IMG/VR virus record: IMGVR_UViG_3300022218_000001
Coordinates: 71,179-108,753 of that record
Length of the DNA stretch: 37,575 bases
Strand: one strand, 5' to 3'
Source of the DNA: a virus
Lineage: Duplodnaviria > Heunggongvirae > Uroviricota > Caudoviricetes
Part shown: positions 25,609-34,735 of the stretch, piece after piece
How positions within the stretch are numbered: position 1 is the first letter of the stretch
Layout: each line of letters starts with the position of its first letter
Made by a program: the position numbers and the translations under genes
The notes under the pieces: generated by a model
The model's database searches: none
Told to the model about the DNA's origin: nothing
What the model saw: only the letters and a program-made list of their open reading frames with translations

Positions 25609-25956
25609 ATGTCGTCTGCTTTGTTCAAAAATAATGCCACCGTGTCCTGTGTCCTTCGGGCTCAAGGTGTAAACCGGTACGGATTTGAGCAGCGTGGCGC
25701 CGTTCCGGGGCTCTCAGAATTTCGCATTTACCTTGAGCGCGGGACGGTTAGGGTCACTGGTATAAACGGCGTAACGTCGACAGCGGATGGGACAGCGATG
25801 GTGGCTCGAAGGTTTGATCTTCAGGAAGGAGACTTGCTGGAAATGAAAGACGGTTCAAAGTGGATTATTTTCAGTGAGAGTGAGGCCCTGGATGTAGTGA
25901 ATGCAAAGGCAATTCATCGTATCTACAATTTAACAAAGCAGCGGAAAAGCGACTGA
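25609..25956 (+). CDS. Putative head closure (stopper) protein
   Basis: ~115 aa, beta-rich, with DLQEGDLL. Neck position. ATG 25609 follows AAGGAG (the track start is 25585). Confidence 0.55.
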   Translation: MSSALFKNNATVSCVLRAQGVNRYGFEQRGAVPGLSEFRIYLERGTVRVTGINGVTSTADGTAMVARRFDLQEGDLLEMKDGSKWIIFSESEALDVVNAKAIHRIYNLTKQRKSD

Positions 25957-26543
25957 TGGCGGTATCAGTAAGAATATCAATCGATGACAAGGATCTTCGA
26001 GAGGGGCTGCATACCATGTTCCGGCAGCTTTCCCCAGAAGTCGTCGTTGATGATGTAGAATTGGTGGCTGAAGAGCTGATTCGTAGAGCCATCGATTCTC
26101 CTATACCATCCGATCGCCGCTTTCTTGCAAACTCCGATGTTGTGGTCAAGCGGAAAGATCATGTCACGTTTGGGTTTAATAGAATCTATGCAGCATTCCA
26201 AGATGCTCCAGGCCGATCGACGCCATACACTATTCGGCCACGAACTAAGAAAATTTTATACGTACCAATCTCCCCGAGGGGGAGCCGGCTTCATCGACGT
26301 GGCAACAATCCAAGAGACGAGGGTTTGGTGAGGGGTGAGGACTACGTTCTTATGCCCCGCGTGGTTATCCCTATTAAGTCATACGGATCTGCTGTCGGAC
26401 CAAACCATTATTTCAGCGAGACACTAAAGAGGAACCAAGAGTTTGTCATTAATACGATTGCAGACTTGGGGTCTCGCAGGCTCAGTAAACGCTTCAAGCC
26501 GTCAAGGAAAAAACCTGGTGGTGGCAAGCGGGGGAGGCCCTGA
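25956..26543 (+). CDS. Putative neck/tail-completion protein (HK97 gp10-like)
   Basis: PIPSDRRFLANS...FGFNRIYAAFQ...PNHYFSETL pattern and position. Confidence 0.55.
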   Translation: MAVSVRISIDDKDLREGLHTMFRQLSPEVVVDDVELVAEELIRRAIDSPIPSDRRFLANSDVVVKRKDHVTFGFNRIYAAFQDAPGRSTPYTIRPRTKKILYVPISPRGSRLHRRGNNPRDEGLVRGEDYVLMPRVVIPIKSYGSAVGPNHYFSETLKRNQEFVINTIADLGSRRLSKRFKPSRKKPGGGKRGRP

Positions 26544-26992
26544 TGCCCTTAGTAGCTGCCGGCTGGATTGAAGAACTACAAGATTACATTGCCCAGAATT
26601 CCGGCCTGGGATTAATAGTGCCGGGAGCAGGCCCCGTTGGAAACTTCACTGCGGGTGACCTGCTAAATGTGGACAATTTAGACCAGCTCCTTGGGAGTGG
26701 GATCGTTTGCACGATTTACGAGGAGGGTGGAAACCTGGTTCGAACTGGGCGAAGGCACAGGCAAGTGCGTACGCTTCGGTTCGTATACAAGGGAGATATT
26801 GAGCAGCTTGCGGTGAACTCATGTTGGTCGCTTATCGAATTTTTAGAGAATAAGCTAACGTTTACGACTTTAACGTTCAAGACATGGGTTGCGCGCGTCG
26901 ACAAGCTGCCAACGGTCATTGCGAAGGATCAGGCCGGAACGCATCTGGCTGACTTTGTAGTGACCTTCTTCGTTTACAACCGCACTGGATAG
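26543..26992 (+). CDS. Putative tail terminator protein
   Basis: 149 aa, immediately before the tail tube gene. Ends ...ADFVVTFFVY. Confidence 0.55.
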   Translation: MPLVAAGWIEELQDYIAQNSGLGLIVPGAGPVGNFTAGDLLNVDNLDQLLGSGIVCTIYEEGGNLVRTGRRHRQVRTLRFVYKGDIEQLAVNSCWSLIEFLENKLTFTTLTFKTWVARVDKLPTVIAKDQAGTHLADFVVTFFVYNRTG

Positions 26993-27024
26993 GGTGCGAG
27001 GCTTCGAAGTAGTGGAGAGACATC

Positions 27025-27810
27025 ATGGCCCAACAGGCTTTTAATTCTACTGAGAACATCAACATCGCGCACAATGTGTCGATGTGGTTCCAGCGGGATT
27101 TCGCAGGAGACTTCGTCGAGCTTGGCGACTTGCTCGTTGATGGCGTTAGTTTGGCGCCTGAGTTTGCGGAGTTCCGCTCGTACAGAAACGGCATCAACGC
27201 TCTCCGGAAACGGCTTCTTACTAGCCGAACGGCGAGCATCACGGCGACTCTGAACGAACCCAGTATTAGGAACTTGGAGCGTGTCCTCTTCGGCTCGACT
27301 CCGGTGACTGGGGCCTCAGTGACCGCCCTTGAAGGGAAGCATCTAACCGTCAAGTCTGGTGGATCCGGACTTTATGTAGACTTGGCCGACGCTGGTGAGT
27401 CTGATTTTTCGGCGATTACAGTCAAAGCTGTCTACGATTCGGATGACGCGCTTGAGGCCACCAACCTCATCGCATCGGACATTCTGCCTGGCACGGACGG
27501 GGATGTCATTTTGAGCGATACAGACACCGGGCTGGCAGTCGATGACAGTGTCTACGTGCGTTACGAAATCTCCGTTGACTCTCTGTTTTCGACTGAGATT
27601 TACGGTGCAAGCAACACGACCGTAGAGGGGTCTGCACGCCTTCAAGCGCGCAACCTCCAGGGTGGCGTTGTCCAGCTTTGGGCGCTTTCGTCTGTGAACC
27701 TTGCGCCAAACGGTGATCTGACATACCCGCTGGACGCTGTCCAAACGGTACCTATTCTCGCAACTCTTCAGGAGCGAAGTGGAACGTTCGGAACAGTCTA
27801 CACGAAGTAG
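27025..27810 (+). CDS. Major tail tube protein
   Basis: 261 aa, acidic and beta-rich (ELGDL..., ASITATLNE, NLERVLFG, NLAPNGDL). It lies between the terminator and chaperone genes. Confidence 0.7.
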   Translation: MAQQAFNSTENINIAHNVSMWFQRDFAGDFVELGDLLVDGVSLAPEFAEFRSYRNGINALRKRLLTSRTASITATLNEPSIRNLERVLFGSTPVTGASVTALEGKHLTVKSGGSGLYVDLADAGESDFSAITVKAVYDSDDALEATNLIASDILPGTDGDVILSDTDTGLAVDDSVYVRYEISVDSLFSTEIYGASNTTVEGSARLQARNLQGGVVQLWALSSVNLAPNGDLTYPLDAVQTVPILATLQERSGTFGTVYTK

Positions 27811-27845
27811 CGCCAAGGGCGGAGTCGTCCCGCCCTTGTAGCGTT
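27809..27845 (+). promoter_or_regulatory. Stable intergenic stem-loop after the tail tube gene
   Basis: Perfect 9-bp stem 27814-27822/27830-27838, extendable with a bulge. No U-tract. Confidence 0.55.
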
Positions 27846-27861
27846 CTGAAGTGAGGAGTAC

Positions 27862-28350
27862 ATGGCAAAGGTTACACGACACCAGACCTTCACGCTCGAA
27901 GGTGGTGAGGGAGAGCAGATCCGGCTCAAAAAGTGGAGCGCGGGGAAGCTCTTCCTCATCGTCCGAGAGTTCTGGGGGTTACTGGAAAAAAGCCTTGATG
28001 GCGTTGATCTTCGGCAACTTGACGAGGTTAGGCTTGTCAAGCAACTCGTGGCTACGTTTATTGAGTCTGACTCAATGGCTGCAAGTCTCATTGGGCGATC
28101 TGTAGATAAGCCTGCGGACTTGGAGCCAGAGGCGATCCTCGAATGGGACGCGGACGATTTCATCTGCGTGCTTACGGCGATTGTCCAAATGAACATTCAC
28201 GAGGAACTCGTAAAAAACTTCCGAAACCTCCTGGAGAGCTTCGCACTGAAATCGATGACGAAGAAGACCCAGGAGGAGACGGAGAGCGAGGACCGGCCGG
28301 AGGAGAAGACGGAGAACGAGGAGGACTCTGTGGCCGAATCGAGCGGCTAA
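27862..28350 (+). CDS. Tail assembly chaperone (G)
   Basis: 162 aa acidic ORF between the tail tube and tape measure genes. Contains slippery A-AAA-AAC. Confidence 0.75.
   Translation: MAKVTRHQTFTLEGGEGEQIRLKKWSAGKLFLIVREFWGLLEKSLDGVDLRQLDEVRLVKQLVATFIESDSMAASLIGRSVDKPADLEPEAILEWDADDFICVLTAIVQMNIHEELVKNFRNLLESFALKSMTKKTQEETESEDRPEEKTENEEDSVAESSG
28212..28276 (+). promoter_or_regulatory. -1 programmed ribosomal frameshift signal
   Basis: A AAA AAC at 28212-28218 in the G frame. After an 8-nt spacer comes a stem CCTCCTGG 28227-28234/CCAGGAGG 28269-28276, with an inner stem 28239-28243/28259-28263. The -1 frame is open to 28787. Confidence 0.75.
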
Positions 28351-28787
28351 GAGCGCACCTTGATCGTACAGAGGCTTCCCTTTTTGGGATTGTCACCTTT
28401 CTTGCATCGGAAAGCGCCGGAACTTTCCAGGAGCTAACCGACCTTGAAGATGGTCCAACCTTATCTCAGCTCCTTACCCTGAACGTTGAAGTGGGGCGCC
28501 TCTCTCTGGCGCGGGAGAAAGCGCAAGTGAACGCGATCGTTATCGCGCTAACGGCCACCCTCAATTCGAAGGTGTTGGATTCCTTCAATAAGAATATTGA
28601 CAATGCCCTCGCCTCTACCGATGTGCTCGGAGAGAAAAAGGGGAAGAGCAGTATTCGTTCAGCTCGCTATTCCGCTGGGAATGAGCGAGCTACTTCTATG
28701 TCGAGGAGAAAGCCGGCGAACCGAAAAGCTGCTGTTGCGCATACAATGACGGAACTAAATAAGCTCAACGAGCTGCTTGGAGGGTGA
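28218..28787 (+). CDS. Frameshifted T portion of the tail chaperone GT fusion (~308 aa in total)
   Basis: This is the -1 frame of G (track ORF 28143-28787). It has no convincing RBS of its own and ends just before the TMP start. Confidence 0.7.
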   Translation, partial: LPKPPGELRTEIDDEEDPGGDGERGPAGGEDGERGGLCGRIERLRAHLDRTEASLFGIVTFLASESAGTFQELTDLEDGPTLSQLLTLNVEVGRLSLAREKAQVNAIVIALTATLNSKVLDSFNKNIDNALASTDVLGEKKGKSSIRSARYSAGNERATSMSRRKPANRKAAVAHTMTELNKLNELLGG

Positions 28788-28788
28788 C

Positions 28789-31700
28789 ATGGGTGGAAGT
28801 TTTGAAGTAGGAAGTATCATCGCTCGTATTGCGATTGATGATGCACCCTTCGTCAAACAAGGCCGAGCCCTTCTTACAAAAGCTAAGAAGCTTGGGAAGG
28901 ATCTTAATGCAGCCCTGAAATCAACGGGCCTGGGTGCGGTGGCCTCTGGGGCGGCTGGGGCGGCCACTGGAGCGGCTTCTGCCGCAGTGGGCGTAGGCCT
29001 CGGGGCGGCCGGCGGAACTGCTGGAGGGGCTGGTGTAGCGGGCGTAGCGCGGAACCTTCAGGCCCCAAGAGCCTTTGAAGGTGGAGACGCTATTGTAAGG
29101 AAGGCGGAAGAACTTGGACGGAGAATCCGTGAGGCCTTGGAGCGTGGCTTTCTTGGTGGCGTTGGCGGTGGGAGAAGCGGCGTCATACCGTCAGATGTTC
29201 CACTTCTTGAAGGTGGTGGCAATGAGCTTGTTCGCCAGGCTCGAGTCTTTGGGGCACAGGTCAAGGATGCAATTCGGGATGCAGAGTTCCGAGTTATCAA
29301 TCCGGAGCCAACCATCCAATCCTTCAGAAGGATTCGGGGCGCCGCGAAAGCTCTTGCCCGGTTTATGCGAGGGACGGTCCGGCTTGCATTCAAGCTTGCT
29401 TTTAAAATCCCCGTACGGTTGACCTTACTATCGTTCAAGGCTATTAGGGGGGCAGCAAGACTTACGGCTCGAGCTGTTAGTGGAGTGGGGAGTGGTGTCG
29501 GTAGGGCTTTTCGTGGGCTCCGTCGTGCCCTGTTCGGGCTGCCACAGCTCATTGCGGCGGTTGGTTCAGGGCTCATAGCGGCAGGGCTTGTGAGGCGAGC
29601 GAAGGAGATTGAGAGTACCCGCATCGCCTTTGAAAATCTGACAGGGGCAGTCGGAGAGAATGCCGACTCCTTTATCAAGGATCTGCGCAAGGCCACAAGG
29701 GGGGCTGTTTCAGACCTTGAACTTTTTCGTGTGACCAACAATGCGGCCCTCCTCGGTGTTGTCCAGAGCAAAGAACAGTACGTTCGCTTGGCCTCTGCTG
29801 CACGCCGGCTTGGCCGCGCAGTGGGGCGAACTACAGTCGATGCTATCAATGACCTTTCGGTCGGTATCGGGCGCCAATCGAGATTGATTCTTGATAACCT
29901 CGGTATTGTGGTTCGTGTCGATGAAGCGAATGAGAAGTACGCTCAGACGCTCGGAGTTGCTAGGAACAAGCTTACGGTTTTTGATAAGCAGCAAGCGTTC
30001 CTCAATGCGGCATTGGACGCAGCCGATGAGAAGGTAAAGCGCCTTGGCCCGGATGTTCTTACCCTCAATGATGCGGTTGGTCGTTTTGGCGCGGTGATTT
30101 CGAACACTGCGACTATCGTAGCTGAGGCATTTATTGGGCCTGGCCCATTTAATGCAATCAGTGATTTTCTTGAAAGAAATGCGGCAAACATCCAAGCTTT
30201 TGCAACCCTTGTCGCTGACACTTTCTCTGCGATTATTCGGGTCGGTGGGAGGATCATCAATCGCATCTTCAGTGGTGGTTCGGCGCGTACGCTTGGGAAT
30301 CGCATTTCAAATGTGTTAAATGGCCTGGCGCGTTTCACATTCCGGGTGATATCACTCCTCCTTTCAAACATCTTTGGCGAGCTTGGGTTTTTAATTTTAG
30401 GGCTTTTCACTGGCCTTCTAGCTTCAATTGGCAATGCGATTATTGTTGAAATTGGATCTTTCTTTTTAAGTATCGGAGCTGAGATTGACAAACTTATTGT
30501 CAAGATCGCATCAAAGATCCCTGGGCTGTCCGGCCTCCTTGGGCTTGATGAGCCAGGGGCCGTTGAAGAGATTAACCGTGAGTTGGATGCTGCTGCTGGA
30601 GCATTCACTGATGAACTGAAGGCGTTCGGGAATGAGAACCAAAAATTTATTGATCAGTTCGTCGGTGAAGCTACCGAGCAAGTAGCGAAGAAGGGTGCGG
30701 AGGCAGTAGAGGAAGCCAAGGCGTCTCTGGCTGATTTGACAAAAGAGACCAAGAGAAAGGGAAGTATCTTCGCCGAAGAAATCGTCAAAGGCTTCGATGA
30801 GATTGAGGTTGCAAGTAAGCGATTCAAGGAAGCCACGGAAAAGAACGTAGTCACTCCGCTTCGGGATCTGTCAGCTCAGTCACAGAAAAGCCAAAAGAAA
30901 CTGGCTGCAATCTCTGACCAGTTTGCTCAGCTTATCCAACCATTTGAGTCTAGGGTGAGGAACCTTCAGCTTGAGGTCCAGACTATTGGGCTTGAAGAAT
31001 CAGCGGCCGAGCTGAAAAAATTCGATCTTGAGTTCGAAGGCTTTGACAGGACACTGGAGGAGTTCGACCTTAAAAAGTTAAAAAGCATACGTGAGAATTT
31101 ACGCAAGCTTCTCGAGCAGCGTGACGCAAAGGAGCTTGCTGCTGAGTTCGTTGAGGATTTAGAAAAGATCGAGGAGCGTGTTGTCTCTTTTGCGGACGCT
31201 ATCGACAAAGCTCGCGTTGGAGATTTGGCCATTGAGTTCCGGGAGCTGAACCGCGAGTTTGAAAGGACGCTAAAAACAGCCCCAGTGGAACGAGTTGACG
31301 AGCTGCGAGAAAAGTTTGACAAGTTGAAAGAGGGCCTTGCAAGAGCAGAGGTTACTCGTGTTTCCGCCGACCTTGCACAGCTAAGCCTTCAGCTTCAGGA
31401 CGTAGAAGCGTCTGGTGCTGAAATCAAGATTCGTGAATTGGAAGCGGGCTTCAAGCAATTCGAGGCTGCCCTGCGTGAGTCTGGCCTCGCGGCTGAGAAG
31501 GTCAATGACATTCTGAGAAGTATGCGAGGGTCTGTCGATGACCTTCAAGAAGCAGAAGTTTTCGGTGATCTGAAACGGTCGACAGCCGATTTAAAGCAGG
31601 CCACCGCAGACGCACGTTTTGAACTTGAACAAATTGGTAAGACTGAAATTAAGCAAGAGATCGCTGGGATCAGCCGAGAATTTGACGAGCAAATAAAGAA

Positions 31701-32397
31701 GGCTCGTGGTGCTGCGGACGCTCTCTTGGAGCTGAGACGTGAGCAAGGGGCGAGTGCAGGACAGATTGCTGTCCTTGAGGGGAAAACGAAGAAGTTCATT
31801 CAAACGCTCGAGGAGCTTCGTGCCAAGCAGATCAAAACGGCGAAGGCTTCAGAGGAGTCTCGCCGAACGACTCAAATAATAGAAGACATTTCGCTGAGCA
31901 TTGAGAAGAATGTTGGCAGAGGCCTCATCAACGCCTTTAGCAAGGGCGAAGATCTCGGGAAACAATGGGCGAGCATCCTGGGCGGCTTCGTAGAAGATGC
32001 TATGGAGAAGGCTATCAAGAACCTTACGAAGCTGCTCAAAGAAAACCTTACGGAGTTGTTCCAAAATATGAGTGGAGGCTCTGCCATTGGAGGCTTGGCC
32101 CTTGGTCTCATTGGTGTTGGCGCTGCCATCCTTCAAAATCTTGATTCTAAAAGTCAAAGCACAATCGAAGACTTCGATGATGCAATCAATAGTTCCGAAG
32201 CTGTTCGCGGTGTCGTCGCCGGCCCAACTAACGTGGCGATCAGCAAGATAGGCGACTCTCTTAAGCAAGCAATGAGAACAACTGAGATCTTGCTTTCTGA
32301 GATCCTTGCCACGTTGCAATCTAGCGGTGGTGGAATTGGCGGGGCTACGCTTGAGAGTAATGCGGCGCTTCCACTTTCTACAAGTTCTACGAGTTAG
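28789..32397 (+). CDS. Tail tape measure protein
   Basis: ~1200 aa, Ala/Gly/Leu-rich and helical (FENLTGAVG...LRKATRGAVSDLEL...GIGRQSRLILDNLGI). It follows the chaperones. ATG 28789 follows GGAGG. Confidence 0.9.
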   Translation: MGGSFEVGSIIARIAIDDAPFVKQGRALLTKAKKLGKDLNAALKSTGLGAVASGAAGAATGAASAAVGVGLGAAGGTAGGAGVAGVARNLQAPRAFEGGDAIVRKAEELGRRIREALERGFLGGVGGGRSGVIPSDVPLLEGGGNELVRQARVFGAQVKDAIRDAEFRVINPEPTIQSFRRIRGAAKALARFMRGTVRLAFKLAFKIPVRLTLLSFKAIRGAARLTARAVSGVGSGVGRAFRGLRRALFGLPQLIAAVGSGLIAAGLVRRAKEIESTRIAFENLTGAVGENADSFIKDLRKATRGAVSDLELFRVTNNAALLGVVQSKEQYVRLASAARRLGRAVGRTTVDAINDLSVGIGRQSRLILDNLGIVVRVDEANEKYAQTLGVARNKLTVFDKQQAFLNAALDAADEKVKRLGPDVLTLNDAVGRFGAVISNTATIVAEAFIGPGPFNAISDFLERNAANIQAFATLVADTFSAIIRVGGRIINRIFSGGSARTLGNRISNVLNGLARFTFRVISLLLSNIFGELGFLILGLFTGLLASIGNAIIVEIGSFFLSIGAEIDKLIVKIASKIPGLSGLLGLDEPGAVEEINRELDAAAGAFTDELKAFGNENQKFIDQFVGEATEQVAKKGAEAVEEAKASLADLTKETKRKGSIFAEEIVKGFDEIEVASKRFKEATEKNVVTPLRDLSAQSQKSQKKLAAISDQFAQLIQPFESRVRNLQLEVQTIGLEESAAELKKFDLEFEGFDRTLEEFDLKKLKSIRENLRKLLEQRDAKELAAEFVEDLEKIEERVVSFADAIDKARVGDLAIEFRELNREFERTLKTAPVERVDELREKFDKLKEGLARAEVTRVSADLAQLSLQLQDVEASGAEIKIRELEAGFKQFEAALRESGLAAEKVNDILRSMRGSVDDLQEAEVFGDLKRSTADLKQATADARFELEQIGKTEIKQEIAGISREFDEQIKKARGAADALLELRREQGASAGQIAVLEGKTKKFIQTLEELRAKQIKTAKASEESRRTTQIIEDISLSIEKNVGRGLINAFSKGEDLGKQWASILGGFVEDAMEKAIKNLTKLLKENLTELFQNMSGGSAIGGLALGLIGVGAAILQNLDSKSQSTIEDFDDAINSSEAVRGVVAGPTNVAISKIGDSLKQAMRTTEILLSEILATLQSSGGGIGGATLESNAALPLSTSSTS

Positions 32398-32408
32398 GAG
32401 TTTTTCCA

Positions 32409-33329
32409 ATGGCACAAGTTCCAGCTTTCCTCGGCGATGTGAGAAAGGGTGACTGGATCCGGTTCGCCGTCGATAATTTCGGTCCGAGCTGGGCGCCAGC
32501 CGTCTTCGACGTATTTGACAATGAGTCTATGGTGCCAGTCGTTTCAGACAGGGATCTTGTCACCAAGACTGACACACCGCCGTTCATGTACTTCGTTGAG
32601 TTCAAGCTCGATGACGACTTCAGCACTGACGGCCTTCGCCTACAGACATTCAGGGAAGGCGCCATGTACTCTATTCGCGTGAAGAGTGCCCCTGGGAATC
32701 CTCCCACAGACGGAGAGGCGTTCATGGTGAACTTCCGGGTGCATCCGGAGGACCGCAGGGCGTTCCTTGGCTTCGTCGAAAAGGGAAAGGTTCTGCGCTT
32801 TATGCACCGTGAGGAGGACAGAGATACGATGTTCTTCGATGTGTGGGACTCGAAGGATAATGTGCAGCTCCTCGGGAACGTTCCAATGACGAAAACTGGG
32901 CAGCCTGGAAACAACCTGTGGAAGGGGGAGATTGATAGCGAAGGAACTGACGATCTTGTAATTGGGCAGACGTACTGGGTCCGTGTAAAAGATCTCGCGG
33001 CTGACGATCCAAATCTATCGGCTCTTTATTCATTTACGGTTCTCCCCCGGCTTGAGTATGAGCTTCGCCGGCTCCTTGCTTTCGCCGGAGAAAACATCGT
33101 CATGGATAATTTTTCCTACGATCAGGCCGGCAACATTCTTGCTTTGAGGGTACGCCTCTTTACAAACGCAGAGGATGCTGCTAACGCCACGCATGGTGTA
33201 ACGGAGCCGGAGCCTGGTGAGATTGCCGACTATCTGATCACGCAAGAACACAACGTCGCAAAAAATGTGCGTACATTTCATAAATCTGTGTTGGAGTTCC
33301 TGAGCGGGGATTTCCCACTGCCGAAGTGA
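32409..33329 (+). CDS. Hypothetical virion/tail protein
   Basis: 306 aa, beta-rich, directly after the TMP, with an AGGAG RBS. Confidence 0.5.
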   Translation: MAQVPAFLGDVRKGDWIRFAVDNFGPSWAPAVFDVFDNESMVPVVSDRDLVTKTDTPPFMYFVEFKLDDDFSTDGLRLQTFREGAMYSIRVKSAPGNPPTDGEAFMVNFRVHPEDRRAFLGFVEKGKVLRFMHREEDRDTMFFDVWDSKDNVQLLGNVPMTKTGQPGNNLWKGEIDSEGTDDLVIGQTYWVRVKDLAADDPNLSALYSFTVLPRLEYELRRLLAFAGENIVMDNFSYDQAGNILALRVRLFTNAEDAANATHGVTEPEPGEIADYLITQEHNVAKNVRTFHKSVLEFLSGDFPLPK

Positions 33330-33334
33330 GGTGA

Positions 33335-33718
33335 ATGATGCCGGAAGGATTTCAAAGTTTACTGGTTACGATCGGGGTGATGGCTTCATGCATCGTTTTT
33401 CTCTCGAAGCAAGCTGTTGAGGCTTACCGCAAAAGTAAAATGCGAAATGGAAAAGCGGGCTTGTATTCTGATAGTTGCGCAGCCCTTGAGTGCAACCGCC
33501 TTGTCAAAGATCTGCATAACTGGCATTGCCCAATAAAAGACAACGAAACAGGTCAGCCGAAATTTCCATGGTACGAAAACAATGCGGAGCTGCTCAGAGA
33601 GCTTTGCTTAAATCGAGAGGCGATGGAGGAGCTACGTGACTGCATGCGAAAAATCAGAAGCAGCATTGACAAACTGACTGCTGCTTTGGAGCGGGAGAGG
33701 AAGAGGGAGCAAGTGTAG
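33335..33718 (+). CDS. Single-TM protein with C-terminal coiled coil (holin-like?)
   Basis: LLVTIGVMASCIVFLS is a hydrophobic segment followed by basic residues. The C-terminus has a heptad pattern. Confidence 0.4.
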   Translation: MMPEGFQSLLVTIGVMASCIVFLSKQAVEAYRKSKMRNGKAGLYSDSCAALECNRLVKDLHNWHCPIKDNETGQPKFPWYENNAELLRELCLNREAMEELRDCMRKIRSSIDKLTAALERERKREQV

Positions 33719-34735
33719 ATGTCGGTCTTTGGCGTTCTGAACAGAGCAGACCACAACAATAAAGGGTCGATCCCATATGACCACGGGACGGGTCTGTTCC
33801 CGACGAACAAAGTTCTCTTAAGCCCATATCAAGCTGTCGCTCGAATAAAGACAGCTACAAAATTCCGGTTTGGTGTTTCTTCAGGTCGGCTCTGCCTTGC
33901 TGTCCTTGAAAACCATCCATTCCCGCCTGGAGCAGACGAGTCTAACGATACGGCATCTGAACAAAACCCACTTGGGCTTTCAGAGTTTGGAGTTTACAGC
34001 TCGCCTACCGGCCTCTCAGATGTCATTTCAATCTCTGGCACAGACAATTTCAACGGGGAGCATGAAATCATCGCCCTGGATGGCATACCAGGCAGAAAAG
34101 ACGGCAAGGCTCTAATCTTCCTTGACTTCATCAACCCCCCGAATGAGACCGCCTCCGCATTCTCTGAGGAGGATGTCGGCTGGCTATACCTTGCACCACG
34201 CTCAGTAGTAGGAGAAAAGCTTATGACACCCGCTCGTGTGATGAGTCACCCGAGCTTTCCGCAGCGAGAAGGCGAGGGTGTCTACACATACCCATACCCA
34301 CCTGATGTTACTCGGAATTTTGTATTTGGGCCAGCTCGGAAGCTCGATGGTTCTGTGCAGCGAACGCTTGGGACTTCGGTCCTAATAGCACAACCACAAC
34401 TCGACGATGATGTCATCATTACAGAGGCGTGGCTTGGCGGGAATCGTGAACTATCGACGCTCACTGAAATGTTTCGAGTCCTGTGGCAGTACTGGACAAC
34501 CCTTCCTGCTCCCGGCCAGGTTCTTGGCTGGGAGCCACGCGATAGAACAGGTGATCGCTATCATATCCAAATTGTTCAAGTACAGCTTGGTGGACTTGAC
34601 TTTGAATATGAAGAAGTGCGTGAATTCGCAGACCGATCCGAGGGCTCGTACTTGGATACGCAATTGACAGTAAAATTCAAATTTGCGCGGATTACCAGGC
34701 CTCCAACTCCAAGAATTACACTGGTGGGAAGATGA
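33719..34735 (+). CDS. Putative distal tail (Dit-like) protein with N-terminal accessory domain
   Basis: Located after the TMP. The C-terminal half is beta-rich and the N-terminal half carries an ISGTDNFNG module. The Dit call rests on position. Confidence 0.35.
   Translation: MSVFGVLNRADHNNKGSIPYDHGTGLFPTNKVLLSPYQAVARIKTATKFRFGVSSGRLCLAVLENHPFPPGADESNDTASEQNPLGLSEFGVYSSPTGLSDVISISGTDNFNGEHEIIALDGIPGRKDGKALIFLDFINPPNETASAFSEEDVGWLYLAPRSVVGEKLMTPARVMSHPSFPQREGEGVYTYPYPPDVTRNFVFGPARKLDGSVQRTLGTSVLIAQPQLDDDVIITEAWLGGNRELSTLTEMFRVLWQYWTTLPAPGQVLGWEPRDRTGDRYHIQIVQVQLGGLDFEYEEVREFADRSEGSYLDTQLTVKFKFARITRPPTPRITLVGR

Noticed and set aside
29058-31799. Minus-strand ORFs of 100-260 aa opposite the tape measure gene
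   Set aside because: They are antisense shadows of a long biased gene, with no motifs or RBS support.
33335-33340. Holin dual-start motif (ATG ATG)
   Set aside because: The two Met codons are adjacent, with no intervening Lys, and no endolysin lies nearby. Holin identity is unsupported.
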